Positions 39,088 to 53,482 are shown, numbered from the stretch's first letter. The stretch: DNA of 64,000 bases from Lytechinus pictus (GCF_037042905.1 NC_087258.1:20708001-20772000); one strand, 5' to 3'. Notes: generated by a model not told the origin, from the letters alone. Numbers and translations are program-made.

Positions 39088-39335
39088 ATCCATAATTTAT
39101 TGTTCGAAATAGACATGAAATAAAGTACTCCGAAAATTTGCTTTGCCCAATTGATCGTGGGCCCAGAGGCAGCTGTGCAGCGCCAGATCGACGAGGCTCT
39201 ATCCCTTTAATTGTTAAACGCTAAACAGGGTAGCAGCAACTCCCATCTTTTTACGTCTTTTGGTCTGACGCGGCCGGGGTTTGAACCCCGACCTCCCGGT
39301 TGTGAAACGGACGCTCTACCAACTAAGCCAACACA
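39088..39335 (-). mobile_element. tRNA-derived SINE inserted in the gene 4 intron
   Basis: Reverse complement of the family; absent at the homologous sites in the gene 2 and gene 5 introns; possible tcaaatat TSD. Confidence 0.85.
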
Positions 39336-40112
39336 TCAAATTCAAATATCAAATTCAAACTGTGCTTATTAATATTTTTTAAACACTTGCGTATTCTATT
39401 TAAACAACTACTTGTAGGGTTGAACACCATTGTATAGAAAATAAACAGCATTTTATACACACATTTTATACAGGGCTATTTTCTATTGAAAGTTAGATTG
39501 ATAATTAAATGTTCAAACTCAAACTTTGCGGTTTAAGATATTAAATTATTTAAATTAGTACTGTAAGGTTTAACAGCGTTGCATATAAATTTCAAACAGC
39601 ATTTTTACTGCGTATAAAAGGTAGATTTAGTATGGTTATACACTGATATCAAATATTGAGGGTGATCTTTGATATCGAAAAGAATAAAGAGCAATTATAG
39701 TTTTTGATAATGATTATGATTGTGAGGACGATAATANNNNNNNNNNNNNNNNNNNNNNNNNNNNNNNNNNNNNNNNNNNNNNNNNNNNNNNNNNNNNNNN
39801 NNNNNNNNNNNNNNNNNNNNNNNNNNNNNNNNNNNNNNNNNNNNNNNNNNNNNNNNNNNNNNNNNNNNNNNNNNNNNNNNNNNNNNNNNNNNNNNNNNNN
39901 NNNNNNNNNNNNNNNNNNNNNNNNNNNNNNNNNNNNNNNNNNNNNNNNNNNNNNNNNNNNNNNNNNNNNNNNNNNNNNNNNNNNNNNNNNNNNNNNNNNN
40001 NNNNNNNNNNNNNNNNNNNNNNNNNNNNNNNNNNNNNNNNNNNNNNNNNNNNNNNNNNNNNNNNNNNNNNNNNNNNNNNNNNNNNNNNNNNNNNNNNNNN
40101 NNNTACTACCAC

Positions 40113-41968
40113 CAGGGGCGGATCCAGCCTCTGCAAATAGGGGGGGGGGGGCGAATTTTTTTTTCACCCATATTTTCCCCGATCGGTCGCTCAAAGTTGA
40201 TTGTTTCTTTGAAGGGGTTGTCCCAGTGGCGTAATGAGCCAAAAAATCTGAGGGGGCTCGAAATGGCGTATCGCGTAAAATTGATAAGAAGTTACGAGCG
40301 AGCAAAATTTTTTGGCATTTCAATTACAAAAATTCAAGTTCTTGATAGATTTGAACATAATATTTGGAAAATAATATATATATATATTTTTTTTTTTTTT
40401 TGGGGGGGGGGGGGGGCAAAACGCCTATGTCCTAACAGTAATTTCTTAGCTTTATTCTTATGTAATAATTTCATAAGCCCTATTAAAAAAGTGTGAGCGC
40501 GAAGTGCGAGTTAACAATTTTGAAAAATTTTCATGTATTTTGTCCTGAAAATTCAGTTGAACATTTTGGGCAATGTTTGTAAACTTGAAGAAGATGCGTA
40601 TGTAACTAGATAATTACTGCGAGCGCGAAATGCGAGCAGAAATTTTTATAATGCGTTCTGGCCTTGTCGAAGAGGGACCCATTAAGGACGATTTGCAGTT
40701 AGCCATATACATATTTCAATGATTATATAAGCTGATATAAGCTTATATAAGATTATATAAGCGCGAGTTGAAATTTTTTGACGTTCCTGCCTAAAAAATT
40801 AAGGCTCTATGCATTTTTTGTAATCATAAATGGTGTAAGTATTATAACCAAACAATCGATGCGAGCGCGAAGAACGAGAGGTAAGAAAAACTAGATTTCA
40901 AACTTTAAAATGTGACACTCTCTTCATGTTTTGTAAATCATGAAAAAATGGGTATAACTTGATATCTTCCTACATTAATAATGCGAGCGCAAAGGGTGAG
41001 CAGAAAATTTTTGATATTCTGATCTGACACTGGATATATAGGCTCATAATGATTGAAATAGAGAACAAGCTGCGTATCTGAATAAACATGCTTGCGCGTG
41101 TTTCAGATTTCGACCTAGAATCCGGGCATTCTAACTACCTTTTTTCATCATGAAAATCAATAAAGCGAGCGCGAACCTCGAGCTTAAAATATTTGATATT
41201 CCAATCTGAAAAAAATGTCAATTTAAGCTCTGTATTTCAAGCATTTTGTAGGAAAAATATGAGGTGGATACAGTTAAAAAAAGATCTGATATGTTTCATT
41301 ATTATTACTTTGAGTTTTGACATAGGACAGGGACATTCTAAGAACATTATGTCATCATATTTTTTATAAACTGTCATGAAATGTGGATTTTTGGTAGTTT
41401 GTTATAGATTTAATATTAAGATATACTAATCAAATCACCAATCAACATGCGAGCGTGCAGCGCTAGCTATTACGTTTTGACAATTTGACCTGAATAGGGA
41501 TATTTGAAAACTTTATGGAATGCAGGAAAATAATAGGTACCTGACAAATCAAATTTTGCGAGCGCGCAGCGCGAGCAGAAAATGTTAATATTCAGAAGAT
41601 AAAACAAATTCTTACAGTGCACTTTTTAAAAATCAATCTGTAAATGTAACAAAATAATAAAAGTTTGAATATCCGAGCTGAAATATGTTTTGTACATTGA
41701 CTACAAAATTTGATATTTAAGCTCCATATTGAGCAAGATATATAAATCACCTAAAAGGCAATCCGAGCGCGAAGCGCGAGCGAAAATTTTATACTGTACA
41801 GTGGCATGAAATATTTTATTCACTCGCCTTCCTCCTTATATGTTCCCCCTTCTTTTTTCTTCATTCTTTTCCCTTCTTTTTCCTTTTTTTCTTTCTTTGC
41901 CCCCCCTTTTTTTTGCTCCGCCAATAGGGGGGAGGGCGGGCCCCTCGGCCCCCCTGGATCCACCTATG
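40113..41968. mobile_element. ~1.86-kb hAT-like non-autonomous element in the gene 4 intron
   Basis: TIR CAGGGGCGGATCCA / TGGATCCACCTATG; 8-bp TSD ACTACCAC; recurrent GCGAGCGCGAAGCGCGAGC motifs. Confidence 0.75.
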
Positions 41969-42367
41969 ACTACCACTACTACTATTACCACCACTAATTA
42001 CTACTAATGATAATATTTTTAATAAAAACTATAATAATGATAATCATTATTATGATAATAATGGATGCTGTTGATTACACAATGATAATGATTATAATTT
42101 GTAATACCATCATCAATATTATAACTGTTGCATCTAATCCAGTTGTTCTTTATTCTTTATGTGAATTACAGTGATGCTTACTATCGTTATTGTTTCAATG
42201 TGACATGCAATTTATGGATATTATATGGTCTCCTTTCAAGCTTATTCAGAATATTGTCTGTTATTCTGTGTGATTTACTTTCGTTTCGTATATAATTTGT
42301 TGTTTTATCCTTTAAGGATCCAAATCTAACTCGCTGTGTTTACTTATCACACTTTCAATTCATATAG

Positions 42368-43630
42368 GTGACAGGCCTTGCCCAACGCTGTGCTGACAAG
42401 AAAACAGAGCTAGAGAAAAACATTCAGAACATAGAAATACAACGTCATGAGGTACACACTGCAGTGCAAACACTACTAGATGATGTCAGACAAGCCTACA
42501 GCATCAAGGCCAAGGAGCTGGAAGAAAATCTTCGAAGTCTTACCGACCAAATAAATGCCTTAGAACGTAGTTTTGATGACGACCTCGACGTCTTGAAGTC
42601 AAAAGATCGACAGAGGATCAAGAGTATTTGTAGCTCAATTACTTTGGTAGATAATGACAGACTGGGTCATCTTGAGACAGACACTCTATCTGCTCATATC
42701 TTGCTCTGTGAGGAGCTGGATGCCATGCTGAAGGAGGTTTCCCGTCACACTTCTGCGGAAGCTATTAAGAAGAAAGCACAGGAGAAGAGGTTCAAACCAG
42801 CAGACGATACTCGTCTTGACCTCGGGAGCATCTTAGGATCAGATCCCAAGATGGAAGTCATTCAGTGTGTTGATCTACGGGAAGAGATGCAAGGTATGGC
42901 CCGGTACTCGCAAAGCACTGTCGCTATCGGGTATGGGTGGAATGCACGAGGTATTGATATCATTGATTCAAATGGTGGTAAGCAGAAGTATAGTAACACA
43001 CCCTTAAGTGACATGAAATGTAGTGATCTGGTGTTGCAACGGGACGGGACATTATGCGTGTCGACTGGTTCTACAGAAGCCCACATCTACTCTCCCCTTG
43101 GCTCCAGGAAAGCAACAATCCACGTGAGAAACAATGGATATATTCTCACAGTTAACAGGAGTCCAACAGATGAAATCATCATTACTAACTATGGAAAACA
43201 AGTCTATATCTATGACCCGACAGGATCCACTCTTAAACACACTGTTCAAACAAAGCACGATACCTATCAGGCATCTATCACCAGGACGGGTTTGATCGTC
43301 ACGAGTTCATGTAATGCCATTCCAAGCGTGGTGACGGTCTATGACAGGGATGGGAATGCTGGTGAGTCTCTACAAGCTCCAGAGGATGTCTACCTGTATG
43401 CTGCCGTGGATGAGCAGGACAGGGTATATGTAGCGAGTGTTGATAGGAAGAATAGTAGCGTCGTGATCAGGCTCTATGATCTTGATGGTCTGAACCTGAA
43501 GGAAAGAGTTGAATTCAATGCACTTGATATGACATTGGGTTGGAGTTGGTGTTACTTGGTTTCCCTCTCCCCAGACATGCTCGCCTTCGCTTGTGACACG
43601 AAGTTATATTTCATCAAGGTATCACTGTAA
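42368..43630 (+). CDS. TRIM-like gene 4, coding exon B; spliced protein 628 aa
   Basis: Acceptor catatAG|GTG; intact ORF. Confidence 0.92.
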   Translation: MTGLAQRCADKKTELEKNIQNIEIQRHEVHTAVQTLLDDVRQAYSIKAKELEENLRSLTDQINALERSFDDDLDVLKSKDRQRIKSICSSITLVDNDRLGHLETDTLSAHILLCEELDAMLKEVSRHTSAEAIKKKAQEKRFKPADDTRLDLGSILGSDPKMEVIQCVDLREEMQGMARYSQSTVAIGYGWNARGIDIIDSNGGKQKYSNTPLSDMKCSDLVLQRDGTLCVSTGSTEAHIYSPLGSRKATIHVRNNGYILTVNRSPTDEIIITNYGKQVYIYDPTGSTLKHTVQTKHDTYQASITRTGLIVTSSCNAIPSVVTVYDRDGNAGESLQAPEDVYLYAAVDEQDRVYVASVDRKNSSVVIRLYDLDGLNLKERVEFNALDMTLGWSWCYLVSLSPDMLAFACDTKLYFIKVSL

Positions 43631-45449
43631 TCCAGATTGTCTCATACCATATAGCATCACAGCCCAATGAATATTGTGTAACATATATTCACCTAACTAA
43701 CCACCTGTTTTACCTCCATGCTTCAATATTATATTGTTTATCCTAATTTCATGATATCTTATTCCAATGGTAGGATCCATCATGTGACATTCGTAGGAAT
43801 ACACAGACTAGTCACGCATGCTATAGAACTATCAGTAAAATTCCTTTAAAAATGGGTTCTCCTGGCTGAAAATAGTAAAATCAGAATATATATTATGATA
43901 TACTCCATAGTATAAAATGGCAAAACGTTGAAAATTTGTAAGTTTATCGATGTTCTGTGAAAACAGCTCTATGCATGCACTGACCAGTGATAGGTGAGCT
44001 GATGTTGTGTGGTCCTAACTTTCCCATTTCTTATTTCATTAAAGGACATCACAATGTATGTGTGTAAAATATGTTTCAACAATGATGATATTACCGTCAA
44101 AGCAGTAACCAATCTTATAACAGTGTCACCAAAGTAACGCAATGCTAATGAAATTCCTTGTCAAATTTTGATCAGGTTTTCAGTGTTATGTTTGTCCCTC
44201 TCAGCCTGAGTACCCCTTCATTATCATGTATTGATCTATATTATGTAAATTGTTTTGGGTGTATATAAAACATGTTGGTGAGGATATTATACTGGACTGC
44301 GGAGAAAGTGCGATTGGTCGGTTGTTAGTAATCAACCAGTGAACCGACGGCTTAAGGTCCTCTCCGAGGGACCTGATAATAATATCGTATAAAAGGGCAC
44401 TAGCGCTCTGACTTGTCATCTAACCCACTCCACCGGATTGAGAGACCAACATAGGCCAACGATTCATGTATGTGTGTTTTATAAGCAACCATATCCTCGA
44501 ACCATAGCCATGTATCTTTTTATGATTCAAATGTGTTTTGTTCATATTCTCGTAGTTATCGTGTACAGTAAGGTACAGTATATGTCCATCAACATTTCCT
44601 TAAAGCGTCGGACATATTTGTTCTCTATATGTTTATTTCATCCTGTAATGACTTCATAATTTAATCAGTTGACGAGTCACAATTTCCATGACCATTTCTT
44701 CTCAAATTCCAGGTTGTTAGGCGCAACGAACTTTTCTATTGACTTTGATAATTATAATGCATAAATTATGACGATGACCCCCTGTTATCTCCTACTGATA
44801 ATGAAAGAATACAATGTTAACGTGTAAATCACTTTGAAAAAAGCTCCAAAATAACATACTGCTGTAAAAAAAAAAACGCTGTTTCAAATTTTAAGCACGT
44901 TGTTTAAGCCCATCACTCAAATAACTATCGTTTAAATTTTTTTAAAGAAGTTGTTTATAAAGTTTTAACAATTACATACAAATTTAAACAGCTTGTTGTT
45001 AGAGTGACAGACTTAAACAATGTACATTTTTACTGCTAAGTGACTGTGTAAAATTTGTACATTTTGATTATGTTCACTCTCTGTTGTTTCATGTTGTGGT
45101 TGGGTTGTTAGGTGGTTTTACTTGACTCGAACATCAGAGAGAAGTTAGATATTTTTTACAGGTAGGAAGGGTACTTTATTACTCAGCGTGAGTTCGCCCT
45201 CTAACTGAATATACATTATAGGTTATCAGTTGAACAAATCACATAAACGGGATACTGTTACATGTGTCACATGGGCTGGTATTCTGATAGCGATGGTCAG
45301 GCAAAATGAATTTTAATGAATTAATTGATACATTGCATACATATGTATATTTCATATTCTAATAGTTATCGTAGAATGTACATATCCATTACCATATTTT
45401 TTAAAATGTTATTTATCAGTTAATGACTATTCAAGCGATGAGTCATAAA

Positions 45450-46135
45450 TGTTTGGCTCAGCGAATTTTTCTATTAGTTTTGGAATTTGATCATAAGCCT
45501 ATATGAGATATGATAAGCTGTATATATATGATCAATTGTTGGCATAGCGAACTTTTCTATTAGTTTCTGAATTTGATCATAAGCCTATATGAGATATGAT
45601 AAGCTGTATATATATGAGCAATTGTTGGCATAGCGAACTTTTCTATTAGTTTCTGAATTTGATCATAAGCCTATATGAGATATGATAAGCTGTAGATATA
45701 TGATCAATTGTTGGCATAGCGAACTTTTCTATATATTAGTTTCTGAATTTGATCATAAGCCTATATGAGATATGATAAGCTGTATTAATGTGCCGTAATT
45801 GTTGGCATAGCGAACTTTTCTATTAGTTTCTGAATTTGATCGTAAGCCTATATGAGATATGATAAGCTGTATATATATATGAGCAATTGTTGTCATAGCG
45901 AACTTTTCTATTAGTTTCTGAATTTGATCATAAGCCTATATGAGATATGATAAGCTGTATATATGTGCCGTAATTGTTGGCATAACGAACTTTTCTATTA
46001 GTTTCTGAATTTGATCATAAGCCTATATGAGATATGATAAGCTGTATATATATATGATCAATTGTTGGCATAGCGAACTTTTATATTAGTTTCTGAATTT
46101 GATCATAAGCCTATATGAGATATGATAAGCTATAA
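45450..46135. repeat. ~86-bp minisatellite, 8 copies
   Basis: Core motif at 45489, 45575, 45661, 45751, 45838, 45926, 46013 and 46101. Confidence 0.92.
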
Positions 46136-46309
46136 ATCTATGTAGAGTATATTTTGTTGTCTCCTATGAGGAAGATCAAAATATAAAATCACTTTGCTTA
46201 ACATGAAATTTGTACATTTTAATTTTCATGTTCACACTATGTCACATTATGTGTTTTTTTCAATATGAACATGATGATATCAAAATATCAGTCACGCTTT
46301 ATTATTCAT

Positions 46310-46925
46310 TTTAAATGGAAACTTTATTTACCAAAATCTTCACTAAAAAACATACAAATCAAGAAATATTGATATTTCAAATAAAATACATTTTAACATA
46401 AAAAAGAATAGTTGAGAATAGTCGATGGATCACAGAAAGTAACAAATAACTTTTAAATTAATGATCCTGAAATTAACACAAAACAACACAATAAAAACAA
46501 ATGAAGTCTGGAAATACCGAACAAACAAACATAACATAAATATAATTGATTCTATATCAGTATACTATTAGTAATATAATTTCTGCATTAAATAGATTTT
46601 CAAATGTCTTTTAAGGCTTTGTACAGTTTTGCACTGTTTGATATTTTGAGGGAGCTTATTCCAAATAATAATGGGACCCCTACATGTATATAAAAATATA
46701 TTGTTTGAGAAAGAATAATGACCATATATTGCACGAGTATCAGCTAAATTTCTAGTATTATGTTTATCTATGTTGGTTTGAAAGAATATCAAAATTATTA
46801 GGCAAAATGTTGTTACAAGAGGAATGCATAAAAACAGATAATTGAACATTATGTAGTAAGGAAATTGGGAGAATATTTAATCTTGAGATAAATGATTTAA
46901 AACTTAATATATGTTCAATTCTATG
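46310..46925 (-). mobile_element. Degenerate 3' end of a CR1/L2-group LINE (longer paralogous copy)
   Basis: LNILPISLLHNVQLSVFM ... HNTRN ... WNKLPQNIK motifs across frameshifts. Confidence 0.7.
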
Positions 46926-47045
46926 ATGCCCTCCTTTCCCGTAATGTCTGAAGATTTGCTTAATTTGTGTATATATATGCCAAAAAGTCACATTTCAGAA
47001 AAGGTGTCAAATTTATATTTCTAAGTATAAATAAGTTTTTTTTTT

Positions 47046-48245
47046 GTCTCGGCTGCATAGCAGAGCGAGACTATAGGCGCCGCTTTTCCGACGGCCGCGG
47101 CGGCGTCGTCAACATTGAAATCTTGACCAAGGTTAAGTTTTGTGAATGCCATCATTACTTAGAAAGTATATGGACCTAGTTCATGAAACTTGGACATATA
47201 GGGGTAATCAAGTGTTACTGAATATCCTGCCCGAGTTTCAAGTCACATGATCAAGGTCAAAGGTCATATAGGGTCAATAAACTAGACCATGTTGGGGGAA
47301 TCAATATCGAAATCTTAACCAAGGTTAAGTTTTTGAAATGTCATAACTTCAAAAGTATATGGACCTAGTTCTTAGACGTAAGGGTAATAGTGTATCACTG
47401 AATATCCTTCCTGAGTTTCATGTCACATGATTAAGGTCAAAGGTCACTTAGGGTCAACAAAGTTTGGCCATGTTGGGGTTATTTGAGGAATTGTCATCAT
47501 AACTTTAAAAGTTTATGAATCCAGTTCATGAAACTTTAACATAAGAGCAACCATGTATCCCTGAATATCATGTGCAAGTTTCGGGTCACATGACCAAGGT
47601 CAAAGGTCACTGAACTGAATAGGGTCAATGAACTTTGGCCATATTGGGGGTATTGGAGGAATTGTCATCATAATTGAAATTTTATGGATCTAGTTCATGA
47701 AACTTAGACATAAGAGCAATCAAGTATCCTTATACATCCTGTGCTAATTTCAGGTCACATGACCAAGGTCAAAGGTCATTTAGCGTCAACAAACTTTGGT
47801 AATGTTGGGGTTATTTGTGGAATTGTCATCATAACTTTAAAAGTCTATGGATTTAGTTCTTGAAACTTGGACATAAGAGCATCAATGTATCCCTGAATAC
47901 CCTGTGTGTGTTTCAGGAACATGGCCAAGGTCAAACGTCATTTAAAGGTCAATGAACTCTGGCCGTGTTGGGAGTATGTGTTGAATTGGCATCATAACTT
48001 AGGAAGTTTATGGTACTTGCTCATGAAACGTCGACATAAGGGTAATCAAGTATGAATGATAGTTTTGCACAATCCTTAGGTCACATGATCATGGTCAAAG
48101 GTCATTTTGGGTCAATGGACATAATATTTTGTTATCTTATTAGTCTTTTCTTCTGTGAAAAATTATTCATTAGCTGTTTTTCAAAGGAAGCACTGTTGCT
48201 ATGAATCGCGTAATGCAGGCGAGACTGCCAGAGGCGTTCCACTTG
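47046..48245 (+). mobile_element. HINE-like element, copy with about six internal repeats
   Basis: Same termini as 1632-2721; empty site in the paralogous flank at ~9050-9070. Confidence 0.75.
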
Positions 48246-50554
48246 ACAATGGTTGGCATTATAACGTTCTCCCCATCAGGTGACACCAGTTATTTTATTT
48301 TTATTTGCTCATGCCTGACCAAACACTGATGATTCATATCCATGGTATAAACATTGGTTTGTGTGAAAGGCATTTGCTAACATTGTATTGACTTTAAAAA
48401 AAAAATATCTGAGCTGCGAGTTCCCACTTATCACCTGTGTCTCTGATATGTTACAAAAATGAAGCCACCCCCCCAAAAAAAAAAAAATAATAAATAAATA
48501 AAAATAAGTAAATAAAAAATAAAAATTAAATTAAATAAATAAATAAATAATAAAAGATAAATAAATAAAGATAAATAGCGTCCGAAAATCATTATTTTGT
48601 GCTTCAAACAAGTGGAATATAAAGTGAACGGAAACACCATCTTAGTTTCATCACATACACTTATGTGTTCTACTATTATCGGTACGATAGAAATTACACA
48701 AAATCTTCGATTTTAATGTATCAAAAGCGTTTCTTTCGATTTGTTTGTTGGTTTCAGAGTTTTTAAGTTAATAGAAAGGCATCCATGTATATATTTCATC
48801 TCTCCTTTGGTGTTTTTTTTTCATTCAAATTTATAACGTTAACTGATGCCTTTAAAATTAAGGAACTTGGCACAATGAGAGCAGCAGTCTAAATTGAGAA
48901 TCCCCAAATGAAATGATACGCTAATTGCATTTCTTAGTAACAATTGTTTTGAATTATGTTTCCATTTATCAATATGATTGTCACATACTTGTTATTCGCT
49001 TAGCTACCAATGTCATTGCTTTGTATTACTTTGGGAAGGGATTCGAGTATCAATCTGAAAACGGATCGAGAAAAGGAACAAATATTCATTTTACAAGAGG
49101 AAATTATCAAACATGCTTTGATAAAAGATCCCTTTTAAGTGAAATTCATGGCAATCATGCATGGTCGCATGCACCATTAAAAGTTGAATATTCCTCATCT
49201 GCAGAAAACGTATATTTTGGGGGTATGTTTAAATCTTTGCAAAAGTAGGTGACATTTTAATAGAACTTTCATTTTGGTTCTATTCCGTATTTCCTGCATG
49301 AAATTAAAGGATCACTCTTGTACGTATCTCTCCTAAATGAGCTTTTCTTCTGTGTAAATATTTTTGGAGGGGAAATGCATGCAGTCGAGTTATTCTTTCC
49401 ATTGGCAATTTAGTCATTTAAATGTTATTATGTATATATGTCACATAAGTATGTGTCATGTACATATATTTCATTTTTATAATGATTTTATTTATTAATG
49501 GGTAAAGGGGGCTTAAAGTAAATTATTCACACGCTTTGTTTATCACACGTTCATGGGTCATGCTTATTTTGCTTTTAAATGCATACCCAAATACGTTTTA
49601 TTCATTTATTCATGTACATGTATATTGTCACATTATTGCTCTCATTACTGTGATTAGACCTCTATAGGAAGAACAGCATCATTATGAATGACTCTGAATA
49701 ACATTCACATTTGTAATTCTTCATGTACACTCTATATTATCTTGGTGTTATTCTGATAATAAACCCAACCCAACCAAACCAAACAATAATGTAGAAATAC
49801 TCATCAATCCGATATTACCACTACAATAGCTACAGCTGCATAATTGATATCATAAAGTCAAGTGATTTTATCATTTGTTTAGGAGAAGAGAGACAGTGAG
49901 AGAGCTTGCTAACAAAACGATTGATCAGTATTCATGTAAATCGCATACTCACGAAGTTTGAATTGATTCTATTGATATCAAGATTTCATTAAATTCTGAA
50001 TGTAATCAAATTCAATTTAGTTTGTTCCACCTTTGTTCCATCTTTTCCATACGATCTCGTATGTTTACGAAATAAAGAGAGAGAGAGAGAGAGAGAGTCC
50101 GAGAGGCAATCAGAGAGAAGGGGGAGAGAGAGGTATATAAAGAGGGGGGGGAGAGGGAGGGGGGGGATGATCATTTTAAGCATTGTCTGACGTGTAGGAA
50201 AAGTTATTACACGTAACTATACGATTGTCAAAAATAAATCAACCGAAATAGAATTCCAAATATTTGGAGGGCATGTCCTATTGTGCCCCCACCCTTATTT
50301 ATTTATCCATTTATTTATTTATTCATTCATTTAATTATTTATTTCATTTTATCGTATTTTATTTTCACATTTTATTTTTTAATTATTATTATTATTTTTC
50401 TTTTTTTATGGGGGGGGGGTGGGTGGGGTGGGGGACTTGTCCCCTCCCCCTATTTTGACCACCGTGCTAATTGAGGCGCGGCTCTATATGTAAATGGGTG
50501 TTTTGAGGCCCCACCCGAACCTTAAAAAAGACAATAATGAATATCGACAATATA

Positions 50555-51805
50555 CAGTGCGTATCCAAAAAAAGGGGGCAGATTTGAAAAGTCTATAAAA
50601 TTTTTATTTCAAATCATGATGTCTATATTTTGGTGTTAATAGGTGTTCTAGGGCCTTATCTTTCAAATGCTATTAACAAAATGCAGTTTCGTTCATACTT
50701 GAGCAAACACGGAATGTTTTTGTCTGGGATTAAAATATAATGATACAAATGATGATCGGATTTCCTTCTAATCAGCAGACTTCCTCTTATCATTTTCAAT
50801 ATCTTTGCCATAATTTTCGAATTATGCGGTCAAAATTCATTTTTAAATCTAATTATTTGCTTGAATTGTTCTGTTTTTTCTTTTTGATTTGTTCTCTTTT
50901 AGCTTTGAATATTCCTTCTTCAAGCAAAAACAATTTTTTTTTAACGGAAGTATGGGAGAGCGGGTATTTTATTTCAAATCTTGACCAAGAAAGAAAGTGG
51001 AAAGGAAATAAAAGGAGAGATAGAAAGTAAAATATGATATTATTTTCTGAATATTATGTCAAAATCTACCACATATTTGATATTGTAAAACAAATGTGGG
51101 AATATTTGCGCGCTCGCTTTGCTCGCTCATAACTTTTTAATACATTTTACCCGATGTACCATATCTAGCTCCTTCAAAACTGACTCAATGCACCAATGCC
51201 ATTGAAATACATTAATTCCTTCCTGTTTGTCCTGTCGAGCATATAATTAAACTTGGTCAAGGAATCAATAACCCCTTGAAAAATGGATTTCATGTCTTTT
51301 CAACGTACCATAACATAATTTGTTTTACTTAATAAAAAGGATTTGAATAATTACAGGTTTTCCCAATTGATAATGCAAATCTCCTTGCTTGGGTTGACAA
51401 AAGTCTTCTTTTCTTACTCATGAAGGAAAATTAAAAGGTAAAAGAAGTTTAAATGGAAAAAAAAATATGATTCAAGTAAATAAATAAATATGTAAATAAA
51501 ATTTGACAGCATAATTCTAAAATTATGGCACAGATAATGAAAATGTTAAGAGAAAGTCTGCTGATTAGCAAGACGTCTGATCATAATTTGTATTATTATT
51601 ATATGCCATTTTGGCGCAAACCTCCTTTTTAATCCCAGACAAAAACATTCCGTGTTCGCCCAAGCAAGAAAAAAACATATTTTTTTTAATGGCATTTGAA
51701 AGATAAGACCCTAGAGCACCTATTAACACCAAAATATAGACATTTTAATTTGAAACAAAAATTGTGTAGACTTTTCAAATCTGTCCCGTTTTTTTATACG
51801 CACTG
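50555..51805. mobile_element. Tc1/mariner-like non-autonomous element with long (~280 bp) imperfect TIRs
   Basis: TA|CAGTGCGTAT ... ATACGCACTG|TA with extended inverted similarity. Confidence 0.85.
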
Positions 51806-53482
51806 TATATGCATGTACACATATTGAGTAATGCAGTATCCCATTTATGTCTTCAAGTTCTCTAAGAATATGCAAATTTTAGAACACAGTCTAAATTCAG
51901 AATACATTCATGCACTATATCACAATGCTGGTAAAGTAAGCAAATGAATTTCCCCACGTTCAGTATAATTCCTTGATCTCCCAACCCCGTTTCCGATAAA
52001 TTACAATACCTCTGTAAAAAAAAAAATGTTTTATTTTTATAGGAAGAACAAGACACATATAAAAGGCATTACCTCCTTCCTCTTAAAAACGTTTTTTTCC
52101 GGTTTTAACCTATTTTTGCGAACACGAATATACTTCAAAACGGCAACATTAATTAAAGGGATTCTACCTACTGGTATTGAAAGAAAATTACTTTTATTGC
52201 GTCGCTACCTCGCTATAAGCTGGTTTTCCAAAATGAAATTATTGTTATCAACCTAGTATTACCCAATTTAAACTCGGCATTAAAAACATATAAAAAGGGG
52301 GATGTTATTAAGTAAACAACCATTAAGCATCCTCAGCTGGCAAAAGAGCTAGCTCATAGATCACAACCTTTATAGAATAAATTGACCAAAAAAATCATCA
52401 ACCATGAAGGGCGGCCAGAAGGGATGTCGACCTCTTCGAAGTAGGGGTGATAAGCAAGGGCCTCACTAGTTCTCTTGACACATAAGGGAAACGTCCCGCC
52501 CAGCTGGGTCTGGAGGGCGGCCTGGAGAGATGTCGACCTCTTCGAACTAGAGATGATAACAAGAAGCCTCTTCAGTCCTCTTGGCACATGGGGGAGACGT
52601 CCCTCCGAGCCGGGACTAGTCGGAGATGCATCAGACAGTGACAGGATATCCACTAAGAGCTAATTGGAAAGGACCCTTTTAGGAAGTGAGGATGGGACCC
52701 GCAGGAGCAGCAGGATCAGAATTAAGGGTCGGGTCAGTATCAGATGAAAGGAAAGGTGACCCTTCCACCAAGGGGGGGGGGGTCCAGACCAGTTATCACA
52801 TTTACGTAAGTTGATTGCATCGGAGCCATTGATCACACCGGAGTCGGACTGAGTGATGTCTTGGTATCCACGATGAAACACATCAGATGTCTGGGTATAC
52901 GTCTGGGTCGGTGACAAGTTTGGATGTGGGGTATCTACACCATTACAAATTCGAACGTGCTGTGAAGGGATGGGGAGTACAGCAGTGGACACGAGCAAGG
53001 AATGTGGTACAACATCTCCAGAGGGCTTAGGATTCAGAGTGGAGTTACTGCTGTCCATGAGATGAGGAGTGCTTCCCAAGTATTAATTTTTCGATCTAGA
53101 GGCAAAATTATTCCAGAAACTGTTCTGAATGTTGGGGGCCGCAGCATGTTCGATTTCTAGGAGTAATTATCGATGAACATTTGACTTAGAAACCCCATAA
53201 AGTCAGTGTGTACAAAGGTTTATCGAGGTGTAGGTGCTATATGTAGATTAAGATGTGTTTTGTCTGAGGCTTTTCTAGGAACTTTACATAAATATCAGCT
53301 TTGTGCTTCCCTATCTGACTTACTTTAATATTGTATGGGACAATTATACTTTTGAGACTTACAATGAAAAACTAAAAGTTTTCCAAAATAGAATTCTTAC
53401 GCTTATTCAATTCAATTTTCAGCCATCCTAGTAAACCCTTATTCCTTCAGTTAAAGTTGCTTCCTCTTCTTTTGATGAGTTA

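Larger units (their letters stand above)
43631..50080 (+). repeat. Segmental paralog of the gene 1 3' flank (5994-10860)
   Basis: Colinear similarity ending at a GA tract. Confidence 0.9.

Noticed and set aside
45450-46135. CRISPR-like array
   Set aside because: No unique spacers and no cas genes; a eukaryotic minisatellite.
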